From assembly GCA_964016885.1 (NCBI GenBank), contig OZ024741.1, positions 375,906,001 through 375,970,000 on the forward strand: a stretch of 64,000 bases of DNA, written 5' to 3'. Every line of letters begins with the position of its first letter. Position 1 is the first letter of the stretch. A program made the position numbers and the translations under genes. The notes under the pieces were generated by a model. The model saw only the letters and a list, made by a program, of their open reading frames with translations, was not told where the DNA came from and made no database searches. The DNA comes from Eledone cirrhosa (Eukaryota). This document shows positions 26,831 to 44,151 of this stretch, piece by piece.

Positions 26831-26834
<4 letters not shown>

Positions 26835-26881
26835 TTAGCCGACGAAACAGCTTGAGCTCAGCCGTCGGGGTCCTACTCGTT

Positions 26882-26886
<5 letters not shown>
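26831..26886 (+). repeat. Fragment of the half-hammerhead family in (TA)n
   Basis: Matches 32925-32979 and 61721-61775; a related tail fragment lies at ~28825-28905. Confidence 0.8.
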
Positions 26887-26955
<69 letters not shown>

Positions 26956-26988
26956 CAGGATGTATATATACATATATATATATATATA

Positions 26989-28216
26989 CAGGATGCGGTC
27001 GGTATTTGAGGACTCATGTATTTTTGGTCATTATTTTATTAGACTAATTTTTATTGAACTTCCATTTCAGAAAATAACAATGAAAATAACTATGCTTACT
27101 AATGAAATGAAAAGGCATGCTGAGATTGTGGCCTTGAAGGCTAAGCATGGGGATTTAGAAATTTCTCGTTTTCTGAAAGCCACAAGATTTGGTGTGAGTT
27201 AGAGAAAGATGGAAGCGTATTACCTGTATCAAAACATAAAAAACATTCCAAACGCTCTGATTCTATCAGGACACCTGAATTTATTCAGGAAGTTAAGCAA
27301 AACATTGATGACAACCCAGGAAAATCAATGAGGTCAATTGCGAAAAATGTTGGTGTGTCAGAAAAACAATGTTGTGCATGAAGACATCAGATACAAATCT
27401 TACGTGATGAGAAGAGGTCAATTCATGTCAGAAAAAAAAACTAAACAAAAGAAAAGCGTTTACTCAGATCCCAAAGACTTTTAAACAAACTTAAAAATCC
27501 ATCAGAAGTTGGTATGATTTGGTCTTTCTCAGATGAGAAAAACTTTGACCAGGACCACAAAACTAACAGAAGAAATGACAGATGGATATGTGCAGACCCT
27601 TCTGAGGTTCCAAGAGTAATGCACACAAAAATTCCTGCCAGTGTCATGCTTTTGCGTGTTGTTAGCAATGAAGGACATGTGATGCCTCCTCACTTTTCCA
27701 CAATACCTTAGGGTGAATGCTGCTGCATATATTGAGGTTCTGGATAAAGTTGTTATGCCTTGGATCAACAGTGTGTGCAGTGGAAGACCTTATGTCTTTC
27801 AACAAGATTCTGCACCATCACACAAGGCTCAATTTATACAAGAATGGAAGGCTGACAATTTGCATGATCACATCACCCCCAACATTTGGCCTCCTAATAC
27901 TCCACTGGACTACTATGTATGGAGCATCGTCGAGAGAAATGTCAATGAACACCCCTATAGAACCAAAGATTCTTTGAAAGCCGCTATAATTCGAGTCATG
28001 TCCGATATGAACAAGGACCACTTAATCCGAGCTTGCAAACGTTTTCGACCCCGTGTAGAGGCAGTTATTGATGCTTATGGTGGTTTTATTAAATGAAATT
28101 ATTAAATCGATAATTTAGCTTTATGTTTATGTTATTTCTATAAGAAAAAAGTTTTTCTTTTATATAGGCGTTCTTTTAAAACCATAAATATGTCCTCAAA
28201 TACCGTACGCGCCCTG
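26989..28216 (+). mobile_element. Tc1/mariner DNA transposon, DD37D (maT)-type, defective
   Basis: Imperfect TIRs (CAGG..CGGTATTTGAGGAC), TA flanks, FSDEKNF, FQQDSAPSH, WPPN..PLDYYVW. Spacing fits D37D if SPDLN has lost four codons. Confidence 0.88.
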
Positions 28217-28232
28217 TATATATCTATATATC

Positions 28233-28309
<77 letters not shown>

Positions 28310-28431
28310 ATATATATATATATAACATGTAAAAAAATTGGTGTTTATCAAAGCTTACTTTCACCGTATTGGGTTATCAAAACGTGTTATTAGGTTAAAT
28401 TGTCTTTTCTCGTTAAAAGACTGATTCTCGA

Positions 28432-28466
<35 letters not shown>

Positions 28467-28569
28467 AGATGACCATGGTTTTGCATCTGAGCAAGAGGTG
28501 TTTTTAGAAGACTAGCAGTTGGCCAAGCATGACAGTAGAAAGGCAATGTCGACATCGCAACCTATTTTT

Positions 28570-28685
28570 ACAACTGGAGCAAGGTAAGATAAAGTGTTTT
28601 GCTGAAGAACACAACTCACCACCCGGTCCAGGATTCAAACTCACAACTTTACGATAGTGAACTCTACGTTCTAACCACTACTCCC
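28570..28685 (-). mobile_element. tRNA-derived SINE head with CORE-like segment, degenerate
   Basis: TAGTGGTTAG A-box, GTTTGAATCC B-box, then GTGTTCTTCAGCAAAACACTT. Confidence 0.6.
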
Positions 28686-28686
28686 C

Positions 28687-28747
<61 letters not shown>

Positions 28748-28785
28748 AGCAAGAATGAGGGGGTCATTCTACTGACATGGCTTTA

Positions 28786-28817
<32 letters not shown>

Positions 28818-28902
28818 AAATGTTATTATCTATTCTACTACCCCAAATATCAAGCACTCTGGCGCGTTATGGTTCACCTGATATCTTACCACACTCTCTT
28901 TG

Positions 28903-28981
<79 letters not shown>

Positions 28982-29040
28982 TTATATTATATATTATGGA
29001 ATACTGTTGGCTTTTCGCTACAATGTTTTCTATACCTTTC

Positions 29041-29079
<39 letters not shown>

Positions 29080-29242
29080 ATATTTAGAAACACACAGATA
29101 CATGCGGACACACACATATATACATGAATGCATCCGCACCCAACTGTGAGTTAAGGGTGCCAACTTCACCGATGTTGCTCAATGAATGACTGGGACAGAC
29201 CAATTCAGTTGAACTAGACTGAACCAGTATCAGAGTTAAAAA

Positions 29243-29789
29243 TACATTATGAAGAGAGAAGAAACATTTAGATATAATTAGTAATAAAATGTATCATACC
29301 TAAACTGCTCCTAAATTCCTCGACTACGTAGTTTCGTGGCATAAACAAAAACAATATATCATAAAGATATAGAGTCCTTGCGAGGTCTGCCGACTTATCA
29401 AGAGGATACCTCATTTTACTAGCTTCAAGAACGCGTCCACACGACGTGAGAAAGAATCCCAAAAGGCGGAGGGGGAGATAGTCACGCGATATAACGGTCG
29501 AGAAACAGAGCTAAGCCTCTTATAACCCCGAAGAAAATACCACGGAGGCGGAGGGGGTATTTATATCGAGGCCGTAGAAGAGGTGGTGAAGAAGGCGAGA
29601 AGTATGATTAATGGAAGCTTTCCAGCTGTATCCTCTTGATAAGTCGGCAGACCTCGCAAGGACTCTATATCTTTATGATATATTGTTTTTGTTTATGCCA
29701 CGAAACTACGTAGTCGAGGAATTTAGGAGCAGTTTAGGTATGATACATTTTATTACTAATTATATCTAAATGTTTCTTCTCTCTTCATA

Positions 29790-29794
<5 letters not shown>
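29243..29794. repeat. Inverted repeat: 167-bp arms (29243-29409, 29628-29794), each with a hammerhead
   Basis: Arms read as reverse complements. Confidence 0.92.
29631..29720 (+). ncRNA. Type I hammerhead ribozyme, U3-A8 core variant (mirror copy 29317-29406 on -)
   Basis: TCCTC-TTGATAA-GTCGGCA..TGCCAC-GAA-ACTACGTAGT-C-GAGGA. Confidence 0.8.
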
Positions 29795-29858
<64 letters not shown>

Positions 29859-29860
<2 letters not shown>

Positions 29861-30068
29861 AAAGACGTAAAATAAGAAAATTATAAAAATTAACTTACTT
29901 ACTAAAATTTTAGTAAGTAAGTTAATTTTTATAATTTTCTTATTTTACGTCTTTCATATTATTGTTCTGCATCCCCTTGCATTGAACCACAAAGTTACTA
30001 AGACAAAACCTATATATTTGCTAGCATAGCTATGCATCTGTATACATATGTTGGTAGATATACAAATT

Positions 30069-30072
<4 letters not shown>
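29859..30072 (+). mobile_element. Fold-back fragment (perfect palindrome 29859-29956) of the family at 51558-52180
   Basis: Palindrome centred on AAAATTTT; the continuation is the reverse complement of ~51560-51736. Confidence 0.8.
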
Positions 30073-30139
<67 letters not shown>

Positions 30140-30547
30140 AATATATATATACATATATGAATGTTCACAACAGCAGTTTAAAACTGATACGTGTTTTGTT
30201 AAATTGCAGTGATGAAGAAAACCAAAATCCTGTATATATCCATGGTTATGGCATAAATGTTCCCAGAAAAGGTGAGGGAATACGTTTACCTAACCAATAC
30301 CCTTAAAACACATATTTTTGCTACAGAAACTATTGACAAAAAGACGATATCTTGACGTGTGCAGGATGACTGATAGATAAGTAAAGCTATTGAGACATAT
30401 GATAGCCTAATGACTGCATTTGTTTGTGATCACGATATTATTGATTTTGGCATTGCTCTAGCTGTTATATATACTGTTTGTGTGTGTATACCCCCCCCCC
30501 CCCCCCACACACACACGCACACATACACACACACACACGCACACACG

Positions 30548-30606
<59 letters not shown>

Positions 30607-30817
30607 GTATGTATGTGTGTGCTCGTATACATGCATGCATCTGAAAATGATAATCTATCAAAGCTTGGAAACAGTTTATTAATCTACTGTTTTTATAGAT
30701 GGATGATAGATATATGTGCAATTCTATAGAATATTTCAAATAGCTAAAGTAGTTCCATCACGAAATAAGCAGTGTAATTTGATAACGTATTTTCTGAAAG
30801 ACATGAAGAGAAAAAGA

Positions 30818-30862
<45 letters not shown>

Positions 30863-30864
<2 letters not shown>

Positions 30865-32160
30865 TTTTGTATTTGTTTTGGAAGATTTCTTATCTGAAAA
30901 CGTGTGTTGAAACAGGTATTGTTATACTTTGAGATAGTCATGCTGCTAATAAAATCACGCGCCTGTTAGTTTTCACTTCAACTTATTATAAACACCTAGT
31001 TTGATAACCGGATAGTTGTTTATTTGTTTATTGTCAAAGCTCTTTTGTCACACATTCTGTGACCGCCACAGTGACTAATTTGTTTTTGTGTCTCCTTTGT
31101 TCTGTTTTACACAATCTTGTTTTTGTGAGCTGTGAGGTGTGTGCTGTTTATTTGGGCTACACATACGTTATATCCATGTGTGTGTGTGTGTGGGTGGGTG
31201 GGGGGTTATTTATTTATTTACATATTTATTTACTTGTCACTAATTTATTTTTTGTTCTACCTGTGTGTGTATCTGGTTTGTTTTGTTACTTTGGTTCTTG
31301 TGTGTCTCTGTAGTCTTGATCTTGTCATTAGTTACTAGTTTTGATGTTGTTGCTATTTCACTCATGTTTTCTGTTTAGTTTTGGTTGGAGTTCATTTATA
31401 TTTGTCGCTTCTGTCATCTATCAGAGCATTGCGTTCGTTCTGTATGGGGATATGATTTTCATCTCTATGTTCTCTTATGTGCCCAAATGATCCATTCTAG
31501 CATGTTGGTGGAGTACTGATGAGATTTTCCCATCTTGGAGTTCTCAACAGTGTTCATTTATTCTTTCTTTTATGCTACTGGCCTCTCACCTATCTAAGTT
31601 GTGTTACTATTCCTACACTGTCCCTCCGTACATCTTATACTATATACTACTTTCCTAGTTTTGCAGTTAATTTGAGGGCTTAATTTGTAGACTATACTTT
31701 TTCTATCAGTACATGGGTTTTCTCAAAAGGTTATTTTCTACTAATTAGGTCTTTTATGAGAATACCTGGTTTTTGCTACTATGTTAATATATAATTTTAA
31801 TTTGTCTAGAGCCCTTCTAAATGTATAAGCTAGTTCGCCTCTGGGGGTTGCATTGACGAATATCACACTCTAGTATTTGTTGCTGTCTTACAAAGAGTTG
31901 ATTTTAGTCTTCTACTTAGTTCTCTCTATCCTATTCCGACATTTTCTCCTATACATGGGGCAAGTACCATTCGCATAATTTTCTACAATCTTCATCCATT
32001 TGACCCTGGCTCCTGTATACACCCTAATCCTGTCTCTCTGATTGTAGCCAAGGAAATGCATGCGGTGGATGAAGTGTTGTATATGTCTCTCTAATTCTTT
32101 AGGATTGCACATGCGGGACACATTCTTCATCACTCTTATAAAGTCCGGAGTTGCCAAAAT
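30863..32160 (-). mobile_element. Old degenerate Penelope-like element (same lineage as 59921-61610)
   Basis: RVMKNVSRMCNPKELERHIQHF; same 3' UTR with decayed hammerhead at ~31030-31075. Confidence 0.85.
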
Positions 32161-32242
32161 ATAGCTCAAAGTAAACAGATCTCGTAACAGCATCCTGTTA
32201 TTCGAAAGGCTCGCCATCTATAACTGTTGTTACATACTTAAC

Positions 32243-32360
<118 letters not shown>

Positions 32361-32364
32361 CTAA

Positions 32365-32760
32365 CAAATAGTTTTTGGAATATTGATAATAATATTCGAT
32401 TCGTTTGCAATTATGCAGATAGCCCACTTCAGCCATGTCAGTAGAACGATCCAGTCATTCTTCCTCTTGTGTTTGCATGCAAACAGAACGGCAGACACTG
32501 ATGCTTCTGGGTGATTGCCCTTCATCAGTACAGTATACTGCTTACCTGCCACTGTCAGAGCCAGTGAAAATATATGATATTTTCTAAAATATACAGTGAC
32601 TGATCGACCTGATTTGCATATTAGCAGACTGCCTGATCAGTCAAATCTGTATAATAGCAGACCCACGGATCAGCCAGATGTGCATGCCAACACAAGAGCA
32701 AGAATGACGAATCGAATATTATTATTAATATTTGAAAAGCTCAGATTACATTTATTGTAT
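32365..32760 (-). mobile_element. Non-coding hammerhead family E copy with inverted terminal piece
   Basis: Homologous to 62220-62830; mutated hammerhead 32489-32533; octamer 32612-32619. Confidence 0.75.
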
Positions 32761-32772
32761 ATACATACACAT

Positions 32773-32812
<40 letters not shown>

Positions 32813-32828
32813 GCATATATGTATATAT

Positions 32829-32870
<42 letters not shown>

Positions 32871-32873
<3 letters not shown>

Positions 32874-33057
32874 AACAAGTAAGACCCCGACGGCTGAGCT
32901 CAAGCCGTTTCGACGGCTAATTCTGAATTAGCCGTCGAAACGGCTTGAGCTCAGCCGTCGGGGTCTTACTTGTTCCTATTACCCACTGTACTACCCTAAG
33001 TATTGAGTACTTTGGTGCGTTATGGTCCACCTGGTTCCTTACCACATTTCCTTCGCT
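32871..33057 (+). mobile_element. Fold-back insertion in (TA)n containing the 3' half of a hammerhead
   Basis: Palindrome 32871-32977 centred at 32924; GAA-ACGGCTTGAGCTCAGCCGT-C-GGGGTC. Confidence 0.8.
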
Positions 33058-33209
33058 ATATATATATATATATATATATGTAAAAGTTCTATTTAAATTG
33101 TTGGGATACAACAAGCAAATATTTTTATAACTGATATAAAGCACTCAACAAATATTTGGAGTAAAAATACGATATTAACAAATGGAAACTATATTTATAA
33201 AACCATATT

Positions 33210-33274
33210 TATTTCATTATACATATTTCAAGGACACCAAGTTAAATTATGGTGTGCTTTCATCAGATAAAATA
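33210..33274 (-). ncRNA. Type I hammerhead in a repeat (33078-33320) related to 39799-40080
   Basis: TATTTTAT-CTGATGA-AAGCACACCA..TGGTGTCCTT-GAAATATGTATA-ATGAAATA. Confidence 0.7.
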
Positions 33275-34859
33275 TAATATAGATCAGTTTTATAAATAAA
33301 TATTGATATACCCTTAAAAAATGCAACCGTTACTGTCAGCTTTACAGAGCTCTGTCAGCTTTATCTCCCCTGTTTGCTGAAAATTTAAAGTAAGTGAGAC
33401 TGTCACTACTCTAAAACAATAGCGTAAGGTCTTCGAAATGATTTTAATTAAGCATACAGTGTATTGCAAAATACACTATATATACATTCATATATATATA
33501 TATATGAATCTGTATACACATCTACATCCACATCCATATAGGCAGAAGATCTTGAGGTAGACCACGAGCTAGATAGTTGGATAACAGCCATGAGCTTGGT
33601 TGGTCTCGCTTGGGGATACAGTGAATCAACTAGAGAATGTTGAAAGAAGAAGCGTAAATATATTTTCTTTTTTTTTTCATGGTATTTCAATATAAACTTG
33701 CTCGATGATTTTCTTTTCGAATGTCATGGAACATTCCTCTCATTTTTCGTCGACAGCTGCAAAATCTGACTGCTTCGAGTAAATCAAAATTGAAAAAAAT
33801 AACCCAATCGGGTCAATTAATGGTGACGTCACGGCCTTGGCTGTTGCGCGGTGTTCGAAACAGTTGAATTATCTTTATTTAAAAAAATGTTTTTTTATGA
33901 TGAATAGGCAGTTTGATTAAGCAGTTAGAACAGACATGCCTTTGATTAGCAGCACTAAATAATCAGATACACCGACATAGTAATGCTTTGTTCAATATCT
34001 AGTGCTTGTACATATAGAAAAAGGAAAAGAAATTATGTGCTGATTATGGTTCAACAAAATGTTGAAGTGAAATTTTCTCTAATAATTAAATGCATTCTAA
34101 CTTCGAAAGGAAAAAATACCAACTTAAAAACAGAATAAATTTCTCGTTTGTTTATCTGCAATATATATACTTATATCTACAATATCACTGTTCAACAATA
34201 AACTGTAACATTACTCTAATAACCAAGTGAGTGGTAATGTGAGAGTTAACAACATTTTCACGTGAGCTATATATTCCTTATATAAGTAAAATAATTGAAA
34301 CATTTAAATGACACGAAATGTTCAATTTCTATATAGGTTCAGAAAATAACATATTTTCTCCAACGATTAACCTATTTATATTTACTCATTTGTCACTACT
34401 TCTTCACATGGTTACATTTTACTAAAATTATTTAGAAAATTGCAGACTTCAAACTTATATTTTACTGATCAAATCAGTTTATGTAAAATTATCTGTTTCA
34501 ATCTTATAACCTTATAACCTTACTGAAACCAATAATGATTATGACAATACAAAAGATATTGTTTTCTTAAACTTGTTACATTTATCTTCACGTGAAACGC
34601 ACGCGTATGCGATTATGAGACGCTACTGTGAGCGTTCCATTTCTCTGCTATCTTTCACTATTATCTAACATACTAACACTTCTTATTTTTTCCTTACCTC
34701 TTCTTTCTATATTTTTTTCTTTTCGCCTGCCATTCGCCCTCACCTCACCGCTACCCCAACCACAACCACAAACTACTTTAAAAACATTTCAAACACCACT
34801 ACGAGAACACACACCCTCACACACGAAAACACACGTATTTATACACATACACACACACA

Positions 34860-34899
<40 letters not shown>

Positions 34900-34953
34900 A
34901 ATATAAAAAAACCTTACGTTTGAATATATATATATATATACATATATATATAC

Positions 34954-35040
<87 letters not shown>

Positions 35041-35049
35041 TATATATAC

Positions 35050-35134
<85 letters not shown>

Positions 35135-35200
35135 AACAAAGCGTCAGTCATACAAAAGTGAGTTACAAACGAAACGAAATTTAATTTCGTTTCGTTATTT

Positions 35201-35273
<73 letters not shown>

Positions 35274-35505
35274 AATATTAAAAATAGAAATATTAAAACA
35301 ATGAAATTAAACACAAAGCTGTTAATTCATAGTAAAACTCATTATTTTACGATCGTTTCTGACTCTGTATCCAATTGAATTATAGCGTTGAAAATTTTGT
35401 ATTTTAAACTTTGCTTCACTACATCTTCTACATACGGATTACATTGAGTTCTTCATACGGTTTAGATCCTACCATTGATTGTTAGATTTATCTGTATATA
35501 TATAA

Positions 35506-37527
35506 CGTTTCTGAATTTGTTTAGTAAGATTCTTTATCTGAATACGTGTGTTGACACCGATATTGTTATACTTTGGGAGGGTCATGTTGCCAATAAGAAA
35601 CACCCGCATCAGTTGCTTTCACTTCAATTTATTATAATAAATTTATAAATTTAGGAATTTATAAATTTCCGGTTGGTTGGTTGGTTCCACAACCAGATGT
35701 TTGTTTATATATTGTCAAAGTTCTTTCGTCAAACATTCTGTGACCTCTTCAGTGACTGGGGATTCTTTTCTTTGCTTTTGTGCCTCTCCTTTGTTCTGTC
35801 GTACGCCATCTTGTTTTTGTGTGTGTGTTGTGTGCTTAGTTTGCGCATGTGTTACATCCGGGTGTCTGTGTGTGTTTATATTCATTTATTTATTTGTTTA
35901 TTTACATGTTACTGATTGGTTGTTTGTTCTATGTGCGTGTGTGTTTTCATTTTGTCCTTAATTGTAAGTTGTGATGTTGCTGTTCCACTCATGTTTTCTA
36001 TTTAATTTTGGTTGGAGTTGATTTATGTTTATTGCCTCTGTGATTTGTCTAAACATTGCGTCTTTTCTGTGTGTAGATTCTATTTTTATTTCTATGTTCT
36101 CTAATTTACCCTTATGTTCTATTTTAGCATGTTGGTAGAGTACACATGATTCTTTCCTATCTTGAAGGTCTCGCCAGTGTTCATTTATCCGTTCTCCTAT
36201 ACTACGAGCTGTCTCACCTATGTACACTATATTTTTATCTCTACATTGTCCTTCCGTACATCTTATGCTATATACTACATTTCTAGTTTTACAGTTAATA
36301 TGGGGGCTTAATTTACAGATTATACATTTCTTATCTATACAGGGAGGTCTTTGAAAAGGGTATGTATTGCTAATAAGTGTTTTTATAGAGGTACCTGGTC
36401 TTTCTACTATCTTAATATTGACTTTATCTTTATCTAGGGCCCTTCTAAATTTGTAAGCTAATTCACCTCTAGGGGTTGTATCGATGAACATTACACTCTG
36501 GTATTTATTGCTATCATACCATGAGTTTATTCTATTAGCCTTATTCCTAGTTCTTTCTATTCTATTCCAAAATTTGCTCCTATACAAGGGGCAGGTCCGA
36601 TATGTGTTATTATTTACCATTTTTTCCCATTTGGTTTTGGCTCCTCTATATACTCTGATTTTATCTCTCTGATTGTAACCAGAGAACTGCATACGGTGGA
36701 TGAAGTGTTGTATGTGTCTCTCTAGTTCTTCGGGGTTGCACATGCGGGACACGTTTCTCATCACCCGTACCAAATCCGCAATCAGTAGGTTGATTTTGGT
36801 ATGGTCCGAAACAGCTGAGTTTCGGTGGATCAGATATTTGGAAGTCATGGGTTTGGCATAATGGGAATGGAAGATTTGTTTTTTTGTTATTAATGGTATC
36901 TAACCAGAGCTCTGTGTCTAGTACAGGTAATCGATGGTTGGGGTGTTTGCTTGGGTAGTCTATAGTAACTCTAATACTCTGATGGATGGAGTTAGCTATT
37001 TGCTGGATGCTTTCCATTGTTTTTCTCTAATTCCTGACTGTTCTCTAGTAGGGGTGTTTTAACTACGATGTTTATATCATCACCGTAGCGGGAGTACATT
37101 ATCAGGGTTAAGGGGTCTTCTAATTTATTCTTTAAGTTTCAGTTTAAGTCTACTGTCCCACCATACCATGAATAGGTTAGCTATGTCGCCTGCAATGCTA
37201 ACACCAATGGCTGCTCCCTCCTCTTGGGCATATGTTTTTCCATTACATTTGAACATATGTTCTTTAAGGGTTAATTTTGTGCTGGCCCCCACCGCATGTG
37301 CAATCATTTTCTTTAGTTCATCGTGGTTTTCGGGGGTCCGTATGGCTCTGGTCCACCCGTTCCATCTATCTGTGTGGGTTTTCTTGGCCATTGAGGTAAT
37401 GGTAGGTGGTCTGCCTCTTGCTGGTCTTGCAGGGCACAGGTTGCTAAGGCCATATGTATCTAGATAATTATTACTATAGGTAAGTTTAAGTAGGAGTCCC
37501 AGCTCACTGGTATCAATCCCACGAAAT
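35506..37527 (-). mobile_element. Penelope-like element (Neptune/Nematis-like), left arm of a 4-kb palindrome
   Basis: RT (GAAIGVSIAGDIANLFM, RYGDD, LPVLD) and GIY-YIG (NVVYSIRC..VYIGETARS..RINEH); hammerhead 35713-35757. Confidence 0.92.
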
Positions 37528-40113
<2,586 letters not shown>

Positions 40114-40317
40114 GAAAGTAAGGTATTTTAATATATCCAACACTGGTAAAAATATAGGGAAATTAAGTTGAAAATGCAATTGGAGTCTTTAAGAAGGTTT
40201 AATTACAGTTATTCATAACTTTATTGGTTTCACATGTTTTATGATTGTCAAAGGTTAAGAGAGATGGAGAAATGTGTTGCTATGCCGACTTGTAAGTCGC
40301 ATATATATATATATACA

Positions 40318-40366
<49 letters not shown>

Positions 40367-40481
40367 AAATGGTGGAGAGAATAAATATTTATGAATACAT
40401 ATATATTTAATGGCTGACAAGTTGTTTGAAATACTGTACAGTAAGATTGGACATAGATGTTGAAATAACGAATATAAAACG

Positions 40482-40542
<61 letters not shown>

Positions 40543-40859
40543 TAAAAGTAATGAAGATCGCTAGTATTAATTCAACGTACTCCGGACAGCGGCTAACTCA
40601 CTCAATGAATCTACCGAATCGTAGTAATGCAGTTGCAATCAACTGTTCAGAGCACACACAATTAGTTAATAGCAGATACGGTGGCTGTGTTTTGGTGGAA
40701 ATACAAGTAAATATCTCCACTCCTGGACGATATCTTTTTTGTGTAATATAACTTCACAAATGCAGATATTACATACGCAATGTTCGGAAAATCACTCAAT
40801 ATAAGCAGATATTTACGTAATCAGGCTATTTCACGCAGAGAAAAACACCCTCCTCACAG

Positions 40860-41410
40860 ATCTAGAAAATGATCAAGGTCATTTCATTTGCGAATAAGGT
40901 GATGGCCTCAGTTTTGGGGATGAAAAAGGTATTGTGTTTATCTTCAAAAAGGCCCTACCATAAATGTAGAGTACAATGTCAACTTTCTGAGGCAGTCACG
41001 AAAGGCTATCAAGACCAAACACCCAAGAAAACTGACAAAAGGGGTTTTGTTTCATCGGAACAATGTTCCAGCGCACAAGGCCTTGCTTTCAATGGTTGCT
41101 GTATGTGACTATGACATTGAACTCATTGTTCCCCCTACCTATTCTCCTGATTTTGCCTCATTTGACTATGGTCTGTTCTCCAACATGAAAAACACTTGGC
41201 TGTGAACCAGTATCGCAGAGATGATAACGTTATATCTGCTGTTGATGACATTTTGACTAACATGATAAAAGCTTCTCCACCAATGGGATCGAAGCACTGC
41301 AGCACCGATGATAGAAGTGTGTGTGGACCGCAAGGGGGACTATGATGAAAAATAAACGACACTTGGTTACACTCCATGAGAGTAACTTGGTCAGCCTATG
41401 AATTTAGCCT
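40860..41410 (+). mobile_element. Mariner transposase C-terminal remnant
   Basis: Frameshifted KVMASV.W, .NVPAH and PYSPDFASFDY motifs. Confidence 0.75.
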
Positions 41411-41419
41411 AAATAAAAC

Positions 41420-41533
<114 letters not shown>

Positions 41534-41534
41534 A

Positions 41535-41910
<376 letters not shown>

Positions 41911-42191
41911 GAAAGTGAACAACACAATATATAACTACTCCATTACCAAAGGTTTAATATACGTCTAGGTCGTTCATCAGGCAGAGTTGTTATGAATAGA
42001 AAATATGAAATGAGATTTAAAATCTGTTAAAAATTGGAACTGAGGCTGGAAAAATAACGGAAAATATACATAAGAAAATATATATAAAAGATTATATAAA
42101 AATTAATATGTAAGAAAATAATATATAAAAGATATATAGAAAATTATAAAAGCATATGCGCACACGTACATTCAGATATAAGTGAAATAAT

Positions 42192-42237
<46 letters not shown>

Positions 42238-42326
42238 GATACATGTATATATACAGTAGGACTGCGAACTCATAAGTAAAAACGTATATAAAAATACATA
42301 TATAGATATAACAAATACGCGTGCAC

Positions 42327-42424
<98 letters not shown>

Positions 42425-42715
42425 GGCATAGACACAAGCGTATAAACACACTAATCTGCAAACATATACATACGCAAATACATAGGGAAAAATAAAAATA
42501 AAAATATAAATAAGCGGTCAGACAAAACGATACAAGAGAAGTCACACACATAAAGATAAACTTATACATAAATACAATCACATACGCAAACCTAAATACA
42601 GATACATACGCGTGTGCTTCCAGTGAAAATATAAACATACGGATGCACGCATATATACACATACATGCTATTACTCACAAATATCCATGAAAATATATAT
42701 ATATATATATATATA

Positions 42716-44093
42716 CTAGCTGGCCCGTCCGGCTAGCGCCCGGCTACCATTGACGTGTTCTGCTGCTTAAACCATTTTGTTTGTTTACCCTAGCGTCCCC
42801 TTTATTTACGTGTCCCAACGACTTTTTTTTTAGTCGTTGCTCGCACCAACCTGAGGTATATGGCCTTTAATGCGACGAAATGCCTACGACGGTTGGATGG
42901 CCACTGATGAGGACAAACTTTTTCATATGTAACCAATTTGCAGCGCCGCAGCTCCATTATTATCATATTTATCCATATATATATATATATATATATATAT
43001 AGTTGACGTACCTCTAACTTCGCTTGGATAAACAGACGATAAGCCGTTACTGTTGAACATATATAGTATTGTATTACTGTTGAAAATATATAGTATAGTA
43101 TTAGTGTTGAAAATATATAGTACAGTATTACTGTTGAAAATATATAGTATAGTATTACTGTTGAAAACATATAGTATAGTATTACTGTTGAAAATATATG
43201 GTGTAGTATTACTGTTGAAAATATGTAGTATAGTATTACTGCTGAAAATATATCGTACAGTAGTATTGTTGAAAATATATAGTACAGTACAGTAATACTG
43301 TTGAAAATAGTATAGTATTACTGTTGAAAACATATAGTGTAGTATAGTATCACTGTTGAAAATATATAGTATAGTATTAATGCTGAAAATATATAGTACA
43401 GTACATTATTACTGTTGAAAATATATAGTGTAGTATAGTATGACTGTTGAAAATATATAGTACAGTATTACTGTTGAAAATATGTAGTATAGTACAGTAT
43501 TACTATTGAAAATATATAGTATAGTATAGTATTACCGTTGAAAATATATAGTATAGTATTACTGTTGAAAATATATAGTATAGTATTACTGCTGAACATA
43601 TATAGTATAGTATTACTGTTGAAAATATATAGCACAGTATTACTGTTGAAAATATATAGTATAGTATAGCATTACTGTTGAAAATATATAGTATAGTATT
43701 ACTGTTGAAAATATATAGTACAGTATTACTTTTGAAAATATGTACACGAATATATAATTATATATATAATTAATTAAAAGTTGGTTAGAAGCGAAGTCAA
43801 TGCAGACAGGCAGCCAGACAGAGATATTTTAAGGGCGCGACGTTATAACTATGTATCTATGTAAAAAGACAGAGTAAGAGAGAGGAATGTCGTATTATAT
43901 ATATTATATATAATAAAGTGCCAGCAATGTACTGGGATAATTGCTAGCCTTGTGCCATAAGTAGAAACAATTATACTTCTTTTTATACAACTGTAAATAA
44001 CATGTTTATGTATGTATATATACGTTTATATACGTATATAGGAATGGTGTAATTAAATGTACAAATTAAAGTGTCTCTTATTTATGATACCAA

Positions 44094-44151
<58 letters not shown>

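Noticed and set aside
33820-33835. Perfect CRE (TGACGTCA) and nearby E-boxes
   Set aside because: Isolated short motifs with no linked gene; expected by chance.
41955-41990. CTGATGA on the minus strand resembling the 44.9k hammerhead
   Set aside because: GAAA half is lost; decayed pLTR remnant only.
42870-42915. CGAAA...CTGATGAG as a type II hammerhead
   Set aside because: Stems I-III could not be paired.
43047-43743. Regular repeat array superficially CRISPR-like
   Set aside because: No unique spacers, eukaryotic context; it is a minisatellite.
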